This document shows, one piece after another, positions 24,061-36,408 of a stretch of DNA of 64,000 nucleotides. Below the pieces are notes generated by a model. It was not told the DNA's origin. It ran no database searches and worked only from the letters and a program-made list of their open reading frames with translations. The translations under genes were made by a program, and so were the position numbers. The DNA is from Octopus vulgaris (lineage: Eukaryota). The stretch lies in assembly GCA_951406725.2 (NCBI GenBank), contig OX597825.1:63736001-63800000 (forward strand). The letters are read 5' to 3'. How positions within the stretch are numbered: the stretch's first letter is position 1; every line of letters starts with the position of its first letter.

Positions 24061-26050
24061 AGAGTTCGATAATTGCCTTCATTATATTAAATGAATTACT
24101 CTCAACAATCAAAATTTCATATGAAGAATTACCTGTCGAAGAATTCCAACCCCAATTACAGAGTGGAACAGTGACAAAACTTCAAAATAAGAATTACCTG
24201 TCGATCCAAACCCCAATTACTGAGAGGAACTTGACAAAATAATTCTGGAAATGGAGGGAAGCAATTTCATTAATAAGGCCGAATCTAGGACTTTACGGTC
24301 AGAAAAAAAAGAACACCTGTATTTTATGGTCTCCTAAAAATACACAAAAAGTTCTAAATATTTTCTCCAATGCAACCAATTTGCTGCGGATATTTACGGC
24401 CAAGATTTCGAAATAGCTGAAGTTCCTATATTCGCGATACACCTGATTTTGTATCTGAAATCAACAAATTCGTTAAGCACCGAAGCCTGGAAGAAAGCAG
24501 GTTTTTGATAACCATGGATGTTTTCTTCCTTATATCGCAATATTGACCACGACGAAGAAGGGGTAGAAGCAAGCATGAATGCCTTTGAACATATGTCAAG
24601 CAAAAGTATTCCAATAACTTTTCTCTGTATGTTATTGTGTTATATTTTGCTAAACAATGAAATTTGGACAAAAATTTTACCACCACACGAGAAGTTGCAC
24701 CGTGGGTACCACCATGGCAGTTAATTTCGCTATTATCTTCAGACGAAGTGCGTTCCACAGTTACTGATGGCATACAGGTCATAAACCACTACTCTCGTTA
24801 CGGTTCATTGATGACGTATTTTCTCTGGGAAGGATAACAGGATACTTTAATTGATTTCTTGCATTTGTGTCACTGATATGCTAAAAACTACGGCCTTATG
24901 TCCAACATAAAATTTACGTCTTGGTTTTCAAAAGCTAGCGTTGAACTTTTGTACAGACAAATGAGTTTTCTGAAGGCAAAATAGTGACAGTTGTCATGCA
25001 CATTTACCTCCACCGCCGCTCCCATCATCCACATCATATAATTCGGTCAAATCTGAAATCCCTTTGAGGATAAAACGGATTTTTTTCTGACAGGGAATAC
25101 CGAAAGCATATAAATGATTTTGTAGTCCTTTATGTTAAACGCAGTTACAGTGAATCACGATTAAAAGAAATAGCAAATGAGATAATTTGCAAAGAAAGTC
25201 AGCCCTTCACGCATAATTTTATCAAACACAATAAAGTATGTGACAAAATTCCTTTAGTGATTAACTAGCACCGAAATTTCGCTGGCATTTCAAAAGTGTT
25301 GCACGAAAGTTACCAGCGTGCTGCGAAAGAATATATTCGTTTCAAACAGATATTTCTTCAGTCGACTATTGTAGCCTTTAGACGGAATAAAAACATAAGA
25401 ACTATTCACCTCTATTTCGGACTCCAAGTAGACTAACGTTGGAGTTTCTGCATACTGTACCTTGAAAAACAGCTGCAAGAGAGGTAAGTCCTGTTCATTG
25501 TGCAACCACATGCTTTAGGAATCATAACACAAATGTTATGATTTATAGAGAAGGTGGAACATGTAGAGATTTCCATTTGGTGTACGCGGCAGAATGCACG
25601 AAACACAACTTGATTTATGTTGGTTGTAATGCACAAAAATTAAACAAAAGATTTAATGGGCATAGATATGGCGTCAGACACAGTAACAGTAGTTCGACAC
25701 AACTTGCCGAACATTTAGCTTCAAAAAGCTTCAATTTTGAAAAAGATTTGAAAGTGCATATTCTCAGAAAAGTGCATATGCTCAGAATTATATTTGCAGG
25801 TTATTAACATCACGCCCTGGAGGAATGAATAAAATGAGAGGAGAATATTATCAAATTTACACTCAACAATTTGATTAAATATTCTTTTTTTCATTTCTTT
25901 TTTCTTTCCTTTCTTTTTTCTCTTTTTTATCAGTCTTTTTCTTTTTGTCAGTTATAAAATTGAAACGTAAACACTGACGATGGCTTTTCATCAACTTATG
26001 AATGCCGGCTGCTCTCGTTCATATCTTAGTTTCGAATTTATATAATTTGG
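24060..26050 (+). mobile_element. Decayed Penelope-like element (RT + Cys linker + GIY-YIG endonuclease)
   Basis: RT motifs YGLLKIHK, SYIRDT, TMDVF/SSLYRNIDHDEEG and GT.MAVNFA. Linker CKRGKSCSLCNHM. GIY-YIG segment LVYAAECTKHNLIYVG...KLNKRFNGHR. Downstream CTGACGA-TGGC...GCC hammerhead remnant. Confidence 0.85.
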
Positions 26051-26191
26051 AATTTTCAGTACTTTTTAAGTTGAACTCGACATGGACAAGCTGTCGACAT
26101 GGACAAAATATCGTTTAACCAATAATTTATCTATTGCAATAGGATCTCAATTTTCGTCTTCTCTGATAATAATAAAACGTATATATATATA

Positions 26192-26512
26192 TATACGAGC
26201 AAAACGCCCTCTTGTCAAACATGTAAACTGCATTTTGTCGCATTATTTCTAGCCAGCCGGCTTTATTTTGCGCAAACTGCACGTGCATTTTCTTCGGGTA
26301 CGCGTAGTATCGATCGCAACAGCTGATGTACTTGCGCGTACAAATGCACGTTCCCACGGCTTTATCGATCGCATTCTCACATGTAATCGATCTTTGTAAT
26401 TCTTTCAAGACCGTCGGTATCTACATATCAAATTTGAGCGCAATCGGATGGAGGATACCCGAGATCCTAGAAGACACACACTGACAGACAACGGATTTTA
26501 TAATATATATAT
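26192..26512 (+). mobile_element. Non-autonomous Helitron/Helentron-like short element
   Basis: Inserted in a TA run. 3' part AAATTTGAGCGCAATCGGATG...ACAGACAACGGATTTTATAATATAT resembles invertebrate Helitron-N/HINE ends. Confidence 0.5.
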
Positions 26513-26514
26513 AT

Positions 26515-26636
26515 ATTGGCCTGCTCGCTTAGCCAGCGGGGTGGCGTCATTCGAAGGCTAAAACAATGCGAACGCATTGTGACCAGCTATGTGTAACAAC
26601 ATCTGATGGTCTGGCCGGTCACGTGATCACGTGATA
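26515..26636 (+). mobile_element. Short retroposon 3' tail homologous to the RTE 3' end at 63212-63280
   Basis: TGTGACCAGC...CTGATGGTCTGGCCGGTCACGTGATCACGTGATA versus TGTGACCAGC...CTGATGGACTGGTCGGTCAAGTGATCAGGTGATA. Confidence 0.7.
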
Positions 26637-27384
26637 TATATATATATATATATTCGCTGTTTGGGGGTATAAAAACCCATAACGGTACATAATGGGAAAC
26701 TCTTCTGAATATAGCTACATTTTCAAAAGGAAGAAACACTAACCTTTCGACTTGACTGTTATTTGACAAGGAAAAACAAGATTTGGTTTTTGCAGTAAAT
26801 GTTTCTCTCGTTGCTTTTGTTAAATGCAATATTTTCAAGATTTAGAAATATTTTCAAGTGAATATGATTTCAAAAACGTAAATTGTTTGTACAGTAATTA
26901 TTCATATTTTAGCTTTCTTTAAACAGATATTTTAATGATTTAAAATGTATCTTCATGTGAATACCCTTACAAAAAACATTTTCGCGTATCTAAAAGATAT
27001 TTTAAAGTGAAAATGAATTTAAACATACGGTAAATATTTTGTAAAAGACCCGTTCGGAACCATGATGTAAAATATTGTTTTTGGATAAGATTTTTGCGAG
27101 TGCATTCAACATATCTCATCTACAAAAATTTGGTTTCTATTTCTGGCACACACTGCTACCACGTAAAAGCTATTTGCGATAAAGGACCCGAACTGCCTAT
27201 TACATGTTTGTAAGGTGTGCAAATATCTCTTTTTCTGGGGAAAGGAGCCGTTCACGAGTGATTTCGATGTTACATTCGCTGAAAGCATGCAAAATAACCT
27301 TGAAAAGAAAAACCCACGAAACGAAACACCGTTGCTGGGAAACTCAGACTTTCCCGGTGACCCAACAGTTTGCGTGTAGTCTTG

Positions 27385-27510
27385 TCTAATCAGCCGAAAT
27401 TGCGAAGATGATCCGGTTCTTGACTGATGATTGAGGGCTTCGAATGTCCCGTCCTGTGTTTCTTGTGTCGTCTTCTAGGTGTTTCACGTTCTTCTCCCAG
27501 TTTGTATATA
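27385..27510 (+). repeat. Interspersed repeat, homologous to 7075-7200 (-)
   Basis: Direct sequence similarity by eye. Confidence 0.65.
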
Positions 27511-27699
27511 TTTTTTTACTTTTACATATATATATATATGTATATATGTACGTATGTATGTATGTATGCATGTATGTATGTATGTATGTATGCATGTATG
27601 TATGTATGTATGTATGTATGTATGTATGTATACGCTCACACACACGTATACGCTCACGTATACGCTCACACACGTATACGCTCACGTATACGCTCACAC

Positions 27700-28138
27700 A
27701 CGCGTGGAACGTAACACCCGACTATCGCGGGTGTTACGTTCTACGCGATAGGCGAAAGTCTTCGAAGTAGAAACACTGCTGTACTGTATATATTTTTTAT
27801 TATTTTAATAATTTGCATATACCACGCACTCGCTTCCCTTTTTCATACACTATATACGACGCTCTGTTTACTCATCTACGGTACACTACGTATTGTTTTA
27901 ATATGTTTTAATTTATAAATTATAAATTATAAATTACAGTACTGTACTCAATCTTTATTTATTTATTAATTTACTAATTTTCAGGCGTGAAAATAGCATA
28001 GTAATAATGAAAATCTAAAAAAATAAATACCTTTCGGCCCAAATAAACCCGCGATATTCTGAGGAGTTCGTGATATGAATTTACATATATTAACCCCCAA
28101 TACCTGTGATGTACTGAGTGCGATATGGCGATCGATTA

Positions 28139-28142
<4 letters not shown>
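27700..28142. mobile_element. Tigger/pogo-like MITE remnant
   Basis: Right end GCGATATGGCGATCGATTACTG-TA (CAGTAATC-type TIR). Left end CGACTATCGCGGGTGTTACGTTC with an internal 14-bp hairpin. Confidence 0.45.
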
Positions 28143-28200
<58 letters not shown>

Positions 28201-28323
28201 TAGAGATAAAACCACTATTAGGCAACTAAACAGTGATAGACATAAACCAATACATAAATAAATTTGATTTAATACTAAATCTAATTTTCCATTTGTAAAG
28301 TTTGGAGTCATACTCCCCAATAT

Positions 28324-28386
<63 letters not shown>

Positions 28387-29212
28387 TCGTTATCACATCA
28401 AAAGATCTACTAAATATGAAACATATGTATCCTGAATTTTACCTTCTCCTCTTTCGCAATGTGTGTATAGTTATATATATATATATATATATACATATAG
28501 TTCTTAGTTCTAATTAGAAACATCCCGCTTCGTGATCGTCTCGTATTTACAAAAATATATGTGCCAACAACGTCTGTCACGTCATCCAACGCGTCCGCTT
28601 TTTGTAAGAAGCGTTGGTCACTACTTCTAGCATTCGATCAAACATGAAAAGAATCTGATAAAATATCGTGTGATAAATGTAAATTTATCTTGTTAAATAT
28701 GTCATACTTTTCATGAATTTATAATATTTTCTGCCAATATAGATTTACAGATTCTAAATAAAATAGCGAACACTTCGGAATCATGGTGAAGCCATTTACT
28801 ACATTTTATTGTTTATTGTTACAGCTTTATATTACTGTATGGTTACAGTTTCAAATTCTTTTCTAGTCTTCCATTTTATTTGACTTGACTTTCTTTTTCT
28901 AGTTGCCAACAGCAACTAAAAACCAGAAAGTTGATGCTATTCTAAGAAAGTATCATCATGAAAGTATATTACATTTTCTTTTTCTTTTGTGCTGACATAT
29001 GCTGATCAGACAGTGCACTAAGAAGCAGTGCATTATGTTCTATTATCTGCACAAATGCCCGCAGATTCTTTCTCAATACACTTGAAACACTCCTACACAA
29101 TCACATATAGTCGCGTAGCATGTACAGTACGCATGTATACACTCGGAACATATACAATGATTATATATATAGACCCTTTGCATATACTGACAGTAAATAT
29201 ACACACATATAG

Positions 29213-29289
<77 letters not shown>

Positions 29290-29549
29290 TGTGTTTGTGC
29301 CTGTCTTTCTCACGCCCGATCTCTCTTTCTCTTTCTCTATATATAAATATGCGTGTGTGAGTGCTTACGTGTGTGTGTATATGTGTGTGTGTCCGTATGC
29401 GCGTGTGTGTGTGTGCGTGTGTGTGTAAGTGTGTGCGTCCGTACAGTTGCACTACAGAGAAAACTTATGTACATACGCACTGTATGCTACCTCGAGGAAG
29501 AGACAGCGTTATAGATTAATGGACAAAAAATAGCATTCAGACAGTGCGT

Positions 29550-29716
29550 AATAGTAGTCGCGGTAGTATTTGTTGTTGTTGTTGTTGTTGTTGTTGTCCT
29601 TCTTCTTCTTATTCTCCTTCTCCTTCTTCTTCTTCTTCTTCTTCTTCTTCTTCTCCTTCTTCTGCTTTTCTTCTTCTTCTTCTTCTTCTTCTTCTTCTTC
29701 TCCCTCTTCTGCTTCC

Positions 29717-29763
<47 letters not shown>

Positions 29764-29945
29764 GTAGTAGTAGTATTAGTATTATTATCATTATTATTAT
29801 CATTCCTCTCCATCTACTTCATCTTCTTCCTCTACTGTCCTTCTTCTTCTTCTTCTTCTTCTTCTTCTTCTTCTTCTTCTTCTTCTTCTTTTTCATCTTC
29901 TTCTTCTAGTAGTAGTAGTAGTAGCAGCAGAAGCAGCAGTAGAAA
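29550..29945. repeat. Compound trinucleotide microsatellite (TTG)(TTC)(TTA)(TAG)
   Basis: Directly visible. Confidence 0.95.
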
Positions 29946-30223
29946 GTGGTAGTATTGATTCCTAACAAGTGGTAGACGTAAGATTTGGATATAAAATATT
30001 GCAGGGATTTTGTTTATTAAACGATCCGCAACATATTACTAGTGCAGTAATCTTTCACCATAAAGAGGAACAGTATTGTCCAAGTCAAAAATATTAACAT
30101 ACCACATAAATTGTTGTTGCCGGTATGACTGTGTACTAAGAAGCTTTCTTCGCAACAACATGGTTCCGACTTCAGTCTCACTGCGTGGCAGCTTGGCCAA
30201 TTGTCTTCTCCTACAAGCCCGTC

Positions 30224-30289
<66 letters not shown>

Positions 30290-30423
30290 ATGAGGGTGTC
30301 TGAGAGACACCACCATGCCGAAATAGCAGTCGAAACTCTGACTATAAAAACCACGTTAAATGTTCACATCGTACCATGAGATAAGACAGAGGGACAAAAT
30401 AGACAAGCAAAAGTGATTGAATA

Positions 30424-30482
30424 ATTCAAGAACCAGGATTTCTGGTTTTGCTTTAAATAAGCTTTACCGTCATCGGTTGAAT
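30424..30482 (-). ncRNA. Degenerate type I hammerhead-like motif
   Basis: Minus strand ATTCAA-CCGATGA-CGGT...ACC-AGAAA-TCCTGGTTC-TTGAAT. Perfect 6-bp stem I, core carries substitutions. Confidence 0.4.
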
Positions 30483-30597
30483 ATATCAAGAGTACATAAA
30501 TACAGATATATATATGCAGAACAAACGATATACTTACACATACGAACGTCCATACATACATATGTACGTATGCACACGGCCAGTTAAATTGCCCGCC

Positions 30598-30646
<49 letters not shown>

Positions 30647-30647
<1 letters not shown>

Positions 30648-30857
30648 TGTTGTGTCTGGGGAGAATCATTTTCTTTTGTGCCTTATAATTTAACACACCC
30701 ACCGCCAGAAATTTTCACTAATTTCTTATTTTTATTTTCCTAAAATTTTCGTTGCGTCTTGCAGTCATTTCAATAGTCTTGACTCCTAAAATCCCATAGG
30801 TTGAGTGTGTTAAATTATAAGGCACAAAAAGGAAATGACTCTCCCCAGACACAACAG
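30647..30857. mobile_element. MITE with ~57-bp terminal inverted repeats
   Basis: CTGTTGTGTCTGGGGAGAATCATTTTCTTTTGTGCCTTATAATTTAACACAC (30647-) versus GTGTGTTAAATTATAAGGCACAAAAAGGAAATGACTCTCCCCAGACACAACAG (-30857). Adjacent to a TA run. Confidence 0.9.
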
Positions 30858-30919
30858 AATATGCTTCAACAGACGAACTCATATAAAGAATCTTGCAAAC
30901 CAAATCCAAACATATATAC

Positions 30920-30991
<72 letters not shown>

Positions 30992-31327
30992 CAAAGTGAA
31001 GTTGTAAGGTATCGCACGAGTGGATATATTTTTGAAAGAAGGTTTGAAAATGCAATTTTAAAGATGTTTATTCACTTGAGTGGTTTCACTTTTTTAGAAA
31101 AAGATTGTCAAAAGTAAAATGTAAAGCTTTGTTGTCTTAAGTACTGGTTGTCACAAAATATTATAATACATGTATAGATTCGAAAACAGTTTACAAGGAA
31201 ATATCTTGAGAAAATTTTAAACAAAAGTTCAATAAAAAATATTAGGATTTCATTAAAAATCATGTTTGTTTGGAAGTATCTATCTACCTATATATATATT
31301 TGTACATATATATATATATATATATAT

Positions 31328-31462
31328 AAAATAAATAAAATAAAATAAATTAAAATAAATTAAACATAGTCAAAATGCGATAAAATAAATTATAAAATAA
31401 ATTAAAATGCGATAAAATAAATTATAAAATAAATTAAAATGCGATAAAATAAATTAAATAAA
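31328..31462. repeat. AT-rich minisatellite (32-bp unit, about 3 copies)
   Basis: AAAATGCGATAAAATAAATTATAAAATAAATT repeated. Confidence 0.85.
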
Positions 31463-31504
31463 TACAGAAACGTATTAGTTAAAACAAAGTCATATTTGGT
31501 ACTA

Positions 31505-32900
31505 TATATATACACAGAATGAGATACATTTAAGAGTTTACAAAGAATTTGAGATGAACTGACCTGTTTTAGGATTTTTTATTTTGTGTGAAGCTAAATG
31601 TTTAATATTTGGTTCTTTATCCTTGCTCATGGTTCATAATGCTTGCTCTTGGGTAGCAACAATTTGAACCTCCGTTTCTGGTTTTAAATCACTTTCAGTC
31701 AGCCACACTCATCTGTTTTCTTTAACTGTATTGCCTTCATCATCCCTATAAAATTGTCCATGAAGCTTTTTTGTTTATCCACCTAGTTTCAGTTTTATTC
31801 ATTCTCAAGTCCTTGTATAGGACTTCATTATTTTTACAATTTTTCCTTACCATGCTATGTTATTTTCTTCTGTTCTAATGCTGTGTTCGCATCCAATCAG
31901 TATTCTTCCCCTTGAATTTTCTTGCTTCATACAGTCTGTCTGTGTCACTCTGTGGGTGGAGTATCTCATATAAAGTCAGCAACTTCTTTGTCTATCTCTC
32001 TAAGTTGTTACGTTCGACTTCAGTCCATGCGATTATCCCTACTCCATATCTAAGGAGTGAAACTACCCAGATGTTGATAGCTTCAACCTCATTCCGTCCG
32101 TTTGATTTCGACTAAGAAATCAGTCTCAGTCTGCGCAAGTACTCCCCCTTAAATGTTTATGTCATTTCTTTCTCCCCAAGTACTTATAGCCCGTCGCTTC
32201 AATCCACTTCATAACCTACCCTGACCATATCGCTATCCCATCCATACATTTGATTTTGCCTCCCTTTCAAGATTAACACACCACACTTCTTCAGTCCGAA
32301 CGCCATTCTGATACCAGCACTGAATGTATACACCGTATGAACGAGTAAACTGCTTTGGGATTCTTCTTTACCATAAATTTTGGTGTCATCCATGTATAAC
32401 AAATGACTGACTTTTTGTTGGCGGCTCTTGAATACATACCCAGTCTCAGAATCAGTGTTAGTGGAATCATGCACAGTACAAAGATCAGTGGTGACAGGCA
32501 GACTCCTCGGAAAATGACTCCCCTGATTTCTATTGTCTCTAAACTTCTTCCATATGCTGTTAGTTCCCTCCTCCACTCCTCCACTTCACCATACTATTTC
32601 CAAGCAATCGTTCAATATTCGATGCAATACCAAATAGGTTCATATATTCCATAAACCAAGAATGTGGGATCGTATCGTATGCCTTACGATAGCCTATCCA
32701 TGATATGCCAAAGTTAGTTTTCATCCTCTTGCAACCTCTCAGTAGTTTTGTCCACCAGGAATTGATCCTTAGTACCTCTTCACTTACGCTTGCACCCATT
32801 CTTCTCATGTGGCTGGAATCCACTTTTTCCAGATTCTCCTTATTTTTCCATACGCAATTGGAGCATCCAATGACGGTTTCCAAACAACCATAATGGTAAA
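31505..32900 (-). mobile_element. Decayed R4/Dong-like non-LTR retrotransposon fragment (RT and downstream region)
   Basis: WIGYRKAYDTIPHSW, EIRGVIFRGVCLSPLIFVLCMIPL, KVSHLLYMDDTKIYGK, MAFGLKKC, KKLHGQF and WLTESDLKPETEVQIVATQEQAL. Confidence 0.85.
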
Positions 32901-33074
32901 ACCGTATTTGGGAACTACTTATATAGAACTCTGGTAATATTTATTTCTCCATTATAAATATAAGTTTGTGGGGCGGGGTGTATATTTGTGTGTGCCTCAC
33001 GTGTGCAGGGTTGAGATTGTGTGGATTATGATAGATGGATAACCCTTTATTTAATATTATTCCTTGTTCGAAGT

Positions 33075-33270
33075 TACTGAACTGGCAAAACCGTTAGTCG
33101 GGCAAAATGGTTAGCGGCAATTCATCCGTGATCAAATTCCGCTCAGGTCGACTTTGCCTTTAATAATCTCGATGTTGATAAAGCAAGTGACAATGGAGTA
33201 CTGGGGTCGATGTAATCAACCAAATTTCCCTCTCCTTCGAACTTGCTGTCCTTGTTACAAAGTTTTAAAC
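33075..33270 (+). mobile_element. Diverged SINE family C
   Basis: GAACTGGCAAAACCGTTAG...TCAAATTCCGC...GGTCGACTTTGCCTTT...CTGGGGTCGATGTAATC. Confidence 0.7.
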
Positions 33271-34905
33271 TAATATTTGCACATGTCTGTAAAAATACTC
33301 AGCCAAGTAATTCAAGGTACACAAGGCTGAGATGATTGAAGAAGAAACCACATATAATCGGAAATTATTACCAACATTAATTTATTTAAGCTTGAAAACT
33401 TTAATTCACGGAATGCCTAAAGTGGATGAAATTGACAATAGTATTAGGATAATACTGAATTTTATCTGCCCTGGAAGCATGAGAAGCAAGTTGCATAGCA
33501 TGGAATTTGAATTCAGCTGATACAGCGCCATAATTAAATACCAAAATATATTGAAGATATCTTTGCCTTTCATAAGGTTGTTTTAGCTAAGGTTCATATT
33601 TTTCTCTATTTTATTGCTATGATATTAACACAACAAGCAGAATATTTATTAGTATATCCCCATTTGCAGGGAGTCGTTTTAGCTCATATTAAAGGTATTA
33701 ATATTTGCAGGTTTATATCGAAATAGTTACCTTAACATTGCATGTATATATGCGTATTTATATGTGCGTGTATGAGTGTGCGTGCACGAAACTATCTTTT
33801 TGCAGAAGAATAAAGGAAATTTTGTTATCTTGAGTATTGCGAAATTATCCCAAATAACTGTAAGAATATTAGGATTTACAGCAGCGATGGCAGCAATTCT
33901 TACATGAAAATGTTTTATATAATTAACAGCAAAACAAGTAATTGTAACGGAGTCGTAGATAGTGTCTGCAACAATAAGGATTACAGTGAAAAATATGACA
34001 GTGGCTGTTCCTAAGCACAAATAGCAAACATAAGAACAGTAAGCATATATTACACATGGGAAAAAATCACACAGATCATTAATACGACACACATAGAAGC
34101 ACAGATAAAAATAGACATTAATAAAATGACATAAAGTTACTGAAGTATATGTGAGCTAAAAACATGGTTGAGGAAATGGGGGAAAATGTATAATGATATT
34201 CATTTGAATTTCTTTTAAAAATGTACTTTTATAACGCATGGAAACATTTTGAGAATAATATTACAATCTACACGGAAATAATGGGCGATTCTTTTCAGAT
34301 TAGCGGACTAATTTTTGAGTGTACGATTCTAGAACCGAGTATGTTACTGCCGTATAAGTAACAGACGTTTGAAAATAATAAAAAAAATTTATAGTTCTAA
34401 AATGTTTCTAGATGCCACAGCGTTTATGGCACCAGGAATAAGTAGGCTTTAATTTGCCGTGGCCATTTTTACAAAATTGGCTTCTGAACAACTGCTCGTT
34501 CTAAACTTAAACTAGAGCAATGTTTTGTATATTAACTTGTACCATTCCCCGCGGGTGTCTTGAGAATAATGCAGGGTTATCTCAAAACCATTTCCTGTAA
34601 ACAAACCAAAAAAAAGTTGGAATTCAGTTCAACAATTCGTATTTTAATGTTAAGGGCATATACAGGTATTCTGATCAAGAGTAGTGACGGACAAAATCAA
34701 ATATAACGATTGGTACACCATTCACAAGAACACGAACGAGAAAACCATCAAAAGTGATAGAACGAAAACGAAAATCACTGAATGCTATTGTTGCTTTCGT
34801 AAAACGTTCCATTTCTAAATATGCGGCTATCGAGGAAGACCGGCCCAATGTTTAAAAATGAAAAAAACAAACATCTATTACGTTTTGTGTGTATACTAGG
34901 CCTTT

Positions 34906-35297
34906 GTGGAGGCGCAATGGCCCAGTGGTTAGGGCAGCGGACTCGCGGTCATAGGATCGCTGTTTCGATTCCCAGACCGGGCGTTGTGAGTGTTTATTGA
35001 GCGAAAACACCTAAAGCTCCACGAGGCTCCGACAGGGGATGGTGGTGATCCCTGATGTACTCTTTCGCCACAACTTTCTCTCACTCTTACTTCCTGTTTC
35101 TGTTGTACCTTGTATTTCAAAGGGCCGGCCTTGTCACTCTCTGTGTCACGCTGAATATCCCCGAGAACTACGTTAAGGGTACACGTGTCTGTGGAGTGCT
35201 CAACCACTTACACGTTAATTTCACGAGCAGGCTGTTCCGTTGATTCGGATCAACCGGACCCCTCGTCGTCGTAACCGACGGAGTGCTTCCACACATT
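34906..35297 (+). mobile_element. Full-length SINE family B with 10-bp TSD
   Basis: TSD CTAGGCCTTT at 34896-34905 and 35298-35307. Near-identical to 15041-15431. Confidence 0.9.
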
Positions 35298-35774
35298 CTA
35301 GGCCTTTACAGCTGTGTCAAAGAGAACATGATCTTGGAGTTGAGCCTGTAAAAGCGAATAAGCTTTTTATTCTTCTGTAGGAATTATGTGTATCTCTATG
35401 TTTGTGAGCTAGGTTGGTGATGCAGTGATTTGAAGGGGAAAAATTTAGTGTTGTGATAAGATTAAAAAAGGAATGGGAAAATGGGAAATTTTCTGAACGG
35501 AGGCATGAAGTACAACACCCGTCTTCTAGATGATTTCGATAGAAGATTAAGTTCATCTCTGATTTAATTAACATCGACCATAATAAAGAGAAATTCATTG
35601 TTATGATAAGCAATAAAGCAGAAGCTGAGAGCAGAAATATGCTGTTAACGTAGGTTGCTGAAGTAGCTACATTGTATGTCTGTCATTTTCCGTGTCTTCA
35701 ATAAATGGCATTTCCGAAAATTCAAGAGACAACTACTTTCATTACATTCTATTTTCCCTGCACTATATTTTTGG

Positions 35775-35940
35775 AAGGAGCGCCAACAACAACCACGTGA
35801 GACTCTCCCTTCCGGCACTAGATGTCCGCAATGTGACCGATCTTTTCGAGCAAGAATCGGTCTTAACAGTCACCTGCGGACTCACCAATAAATTTGCGCG
35901 AAGACCATCATCCTCGACCTTGAGGGATTGCTATAGATAG
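35775..35940 (+). mobile_element. Severely 5'-truncated RTE-clade LINE (C-terminal C2H2 finger + 3' UTR)
   Basis: RCPQCDRSFRARIGLNSHLRTHQ*, short UTR with CCTC/GAGG stem, (TAGA)n tail. TSD ATTTTTGG at 35767-35774 and 35941-35948. Confidence 0.8.
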
Positions 35941-36289
35941 ATTTTTGGCAAGTCTTTCGTAACCACATTGTAGTATAATTTTTTAAACATTTTTCATGAG
36001 ATCTATGGCAGAAAATTTCTGTTTTATTTTAATGAATATAAAAACCGACATAAATGGGTAACAATTTGATATTCGCAGACAATAAAACAGGAAATTCAGT
36101 TTATACAAACTTGAAGAACTAAAAAAATATGGATTTTCAGTTGAAATAATATTCTCTATAAACTATCTGCTTCTAATAGACGTTGTCTTCATGTGAGATA
36201 GAAAGATAGATATATAGATATATCAAATAGAGACAGTTTTTAAAAAATAAATGGCTATATACAAAGGAAAATATAAAATATAAAAACCC

Positions 36290-36408
36290 CCAACAGATGA
36301 AAGGCTAAGTCGACCACGGCGGGATTTGAACTCAGAACGTAATGGAAGACGAAATAACGCTATGCATTTCGTCCAGCGTGCTAACAATTCTGCCAGCTCG
36401 CTGCCGTC
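36290..36408 (-). mobile_element. SINE family C 5' part
   Basis: Reverse complement GGCAGCGAGCTGGCAGAATTGTTAGCACGC...TTCTGAGTTCAAATCCC. Confidence 0.8.

Noticed and set aside
24127-24240. Direct repeats AAGAATTACCTGTCGA...CCCCAATTAC as a CRISPR-like array
   Set aside because: Only two copies of a local tandem duplication, in a eukaryotic TE context with no cas genes.
35676-35891. C2H2 zinc-finger ORF as a host ZNF gene
   Set aside because: It is a single finger followed by an RTE-type UTR, (TAGA)n tail and TSD, so it is a truncated LINE end.
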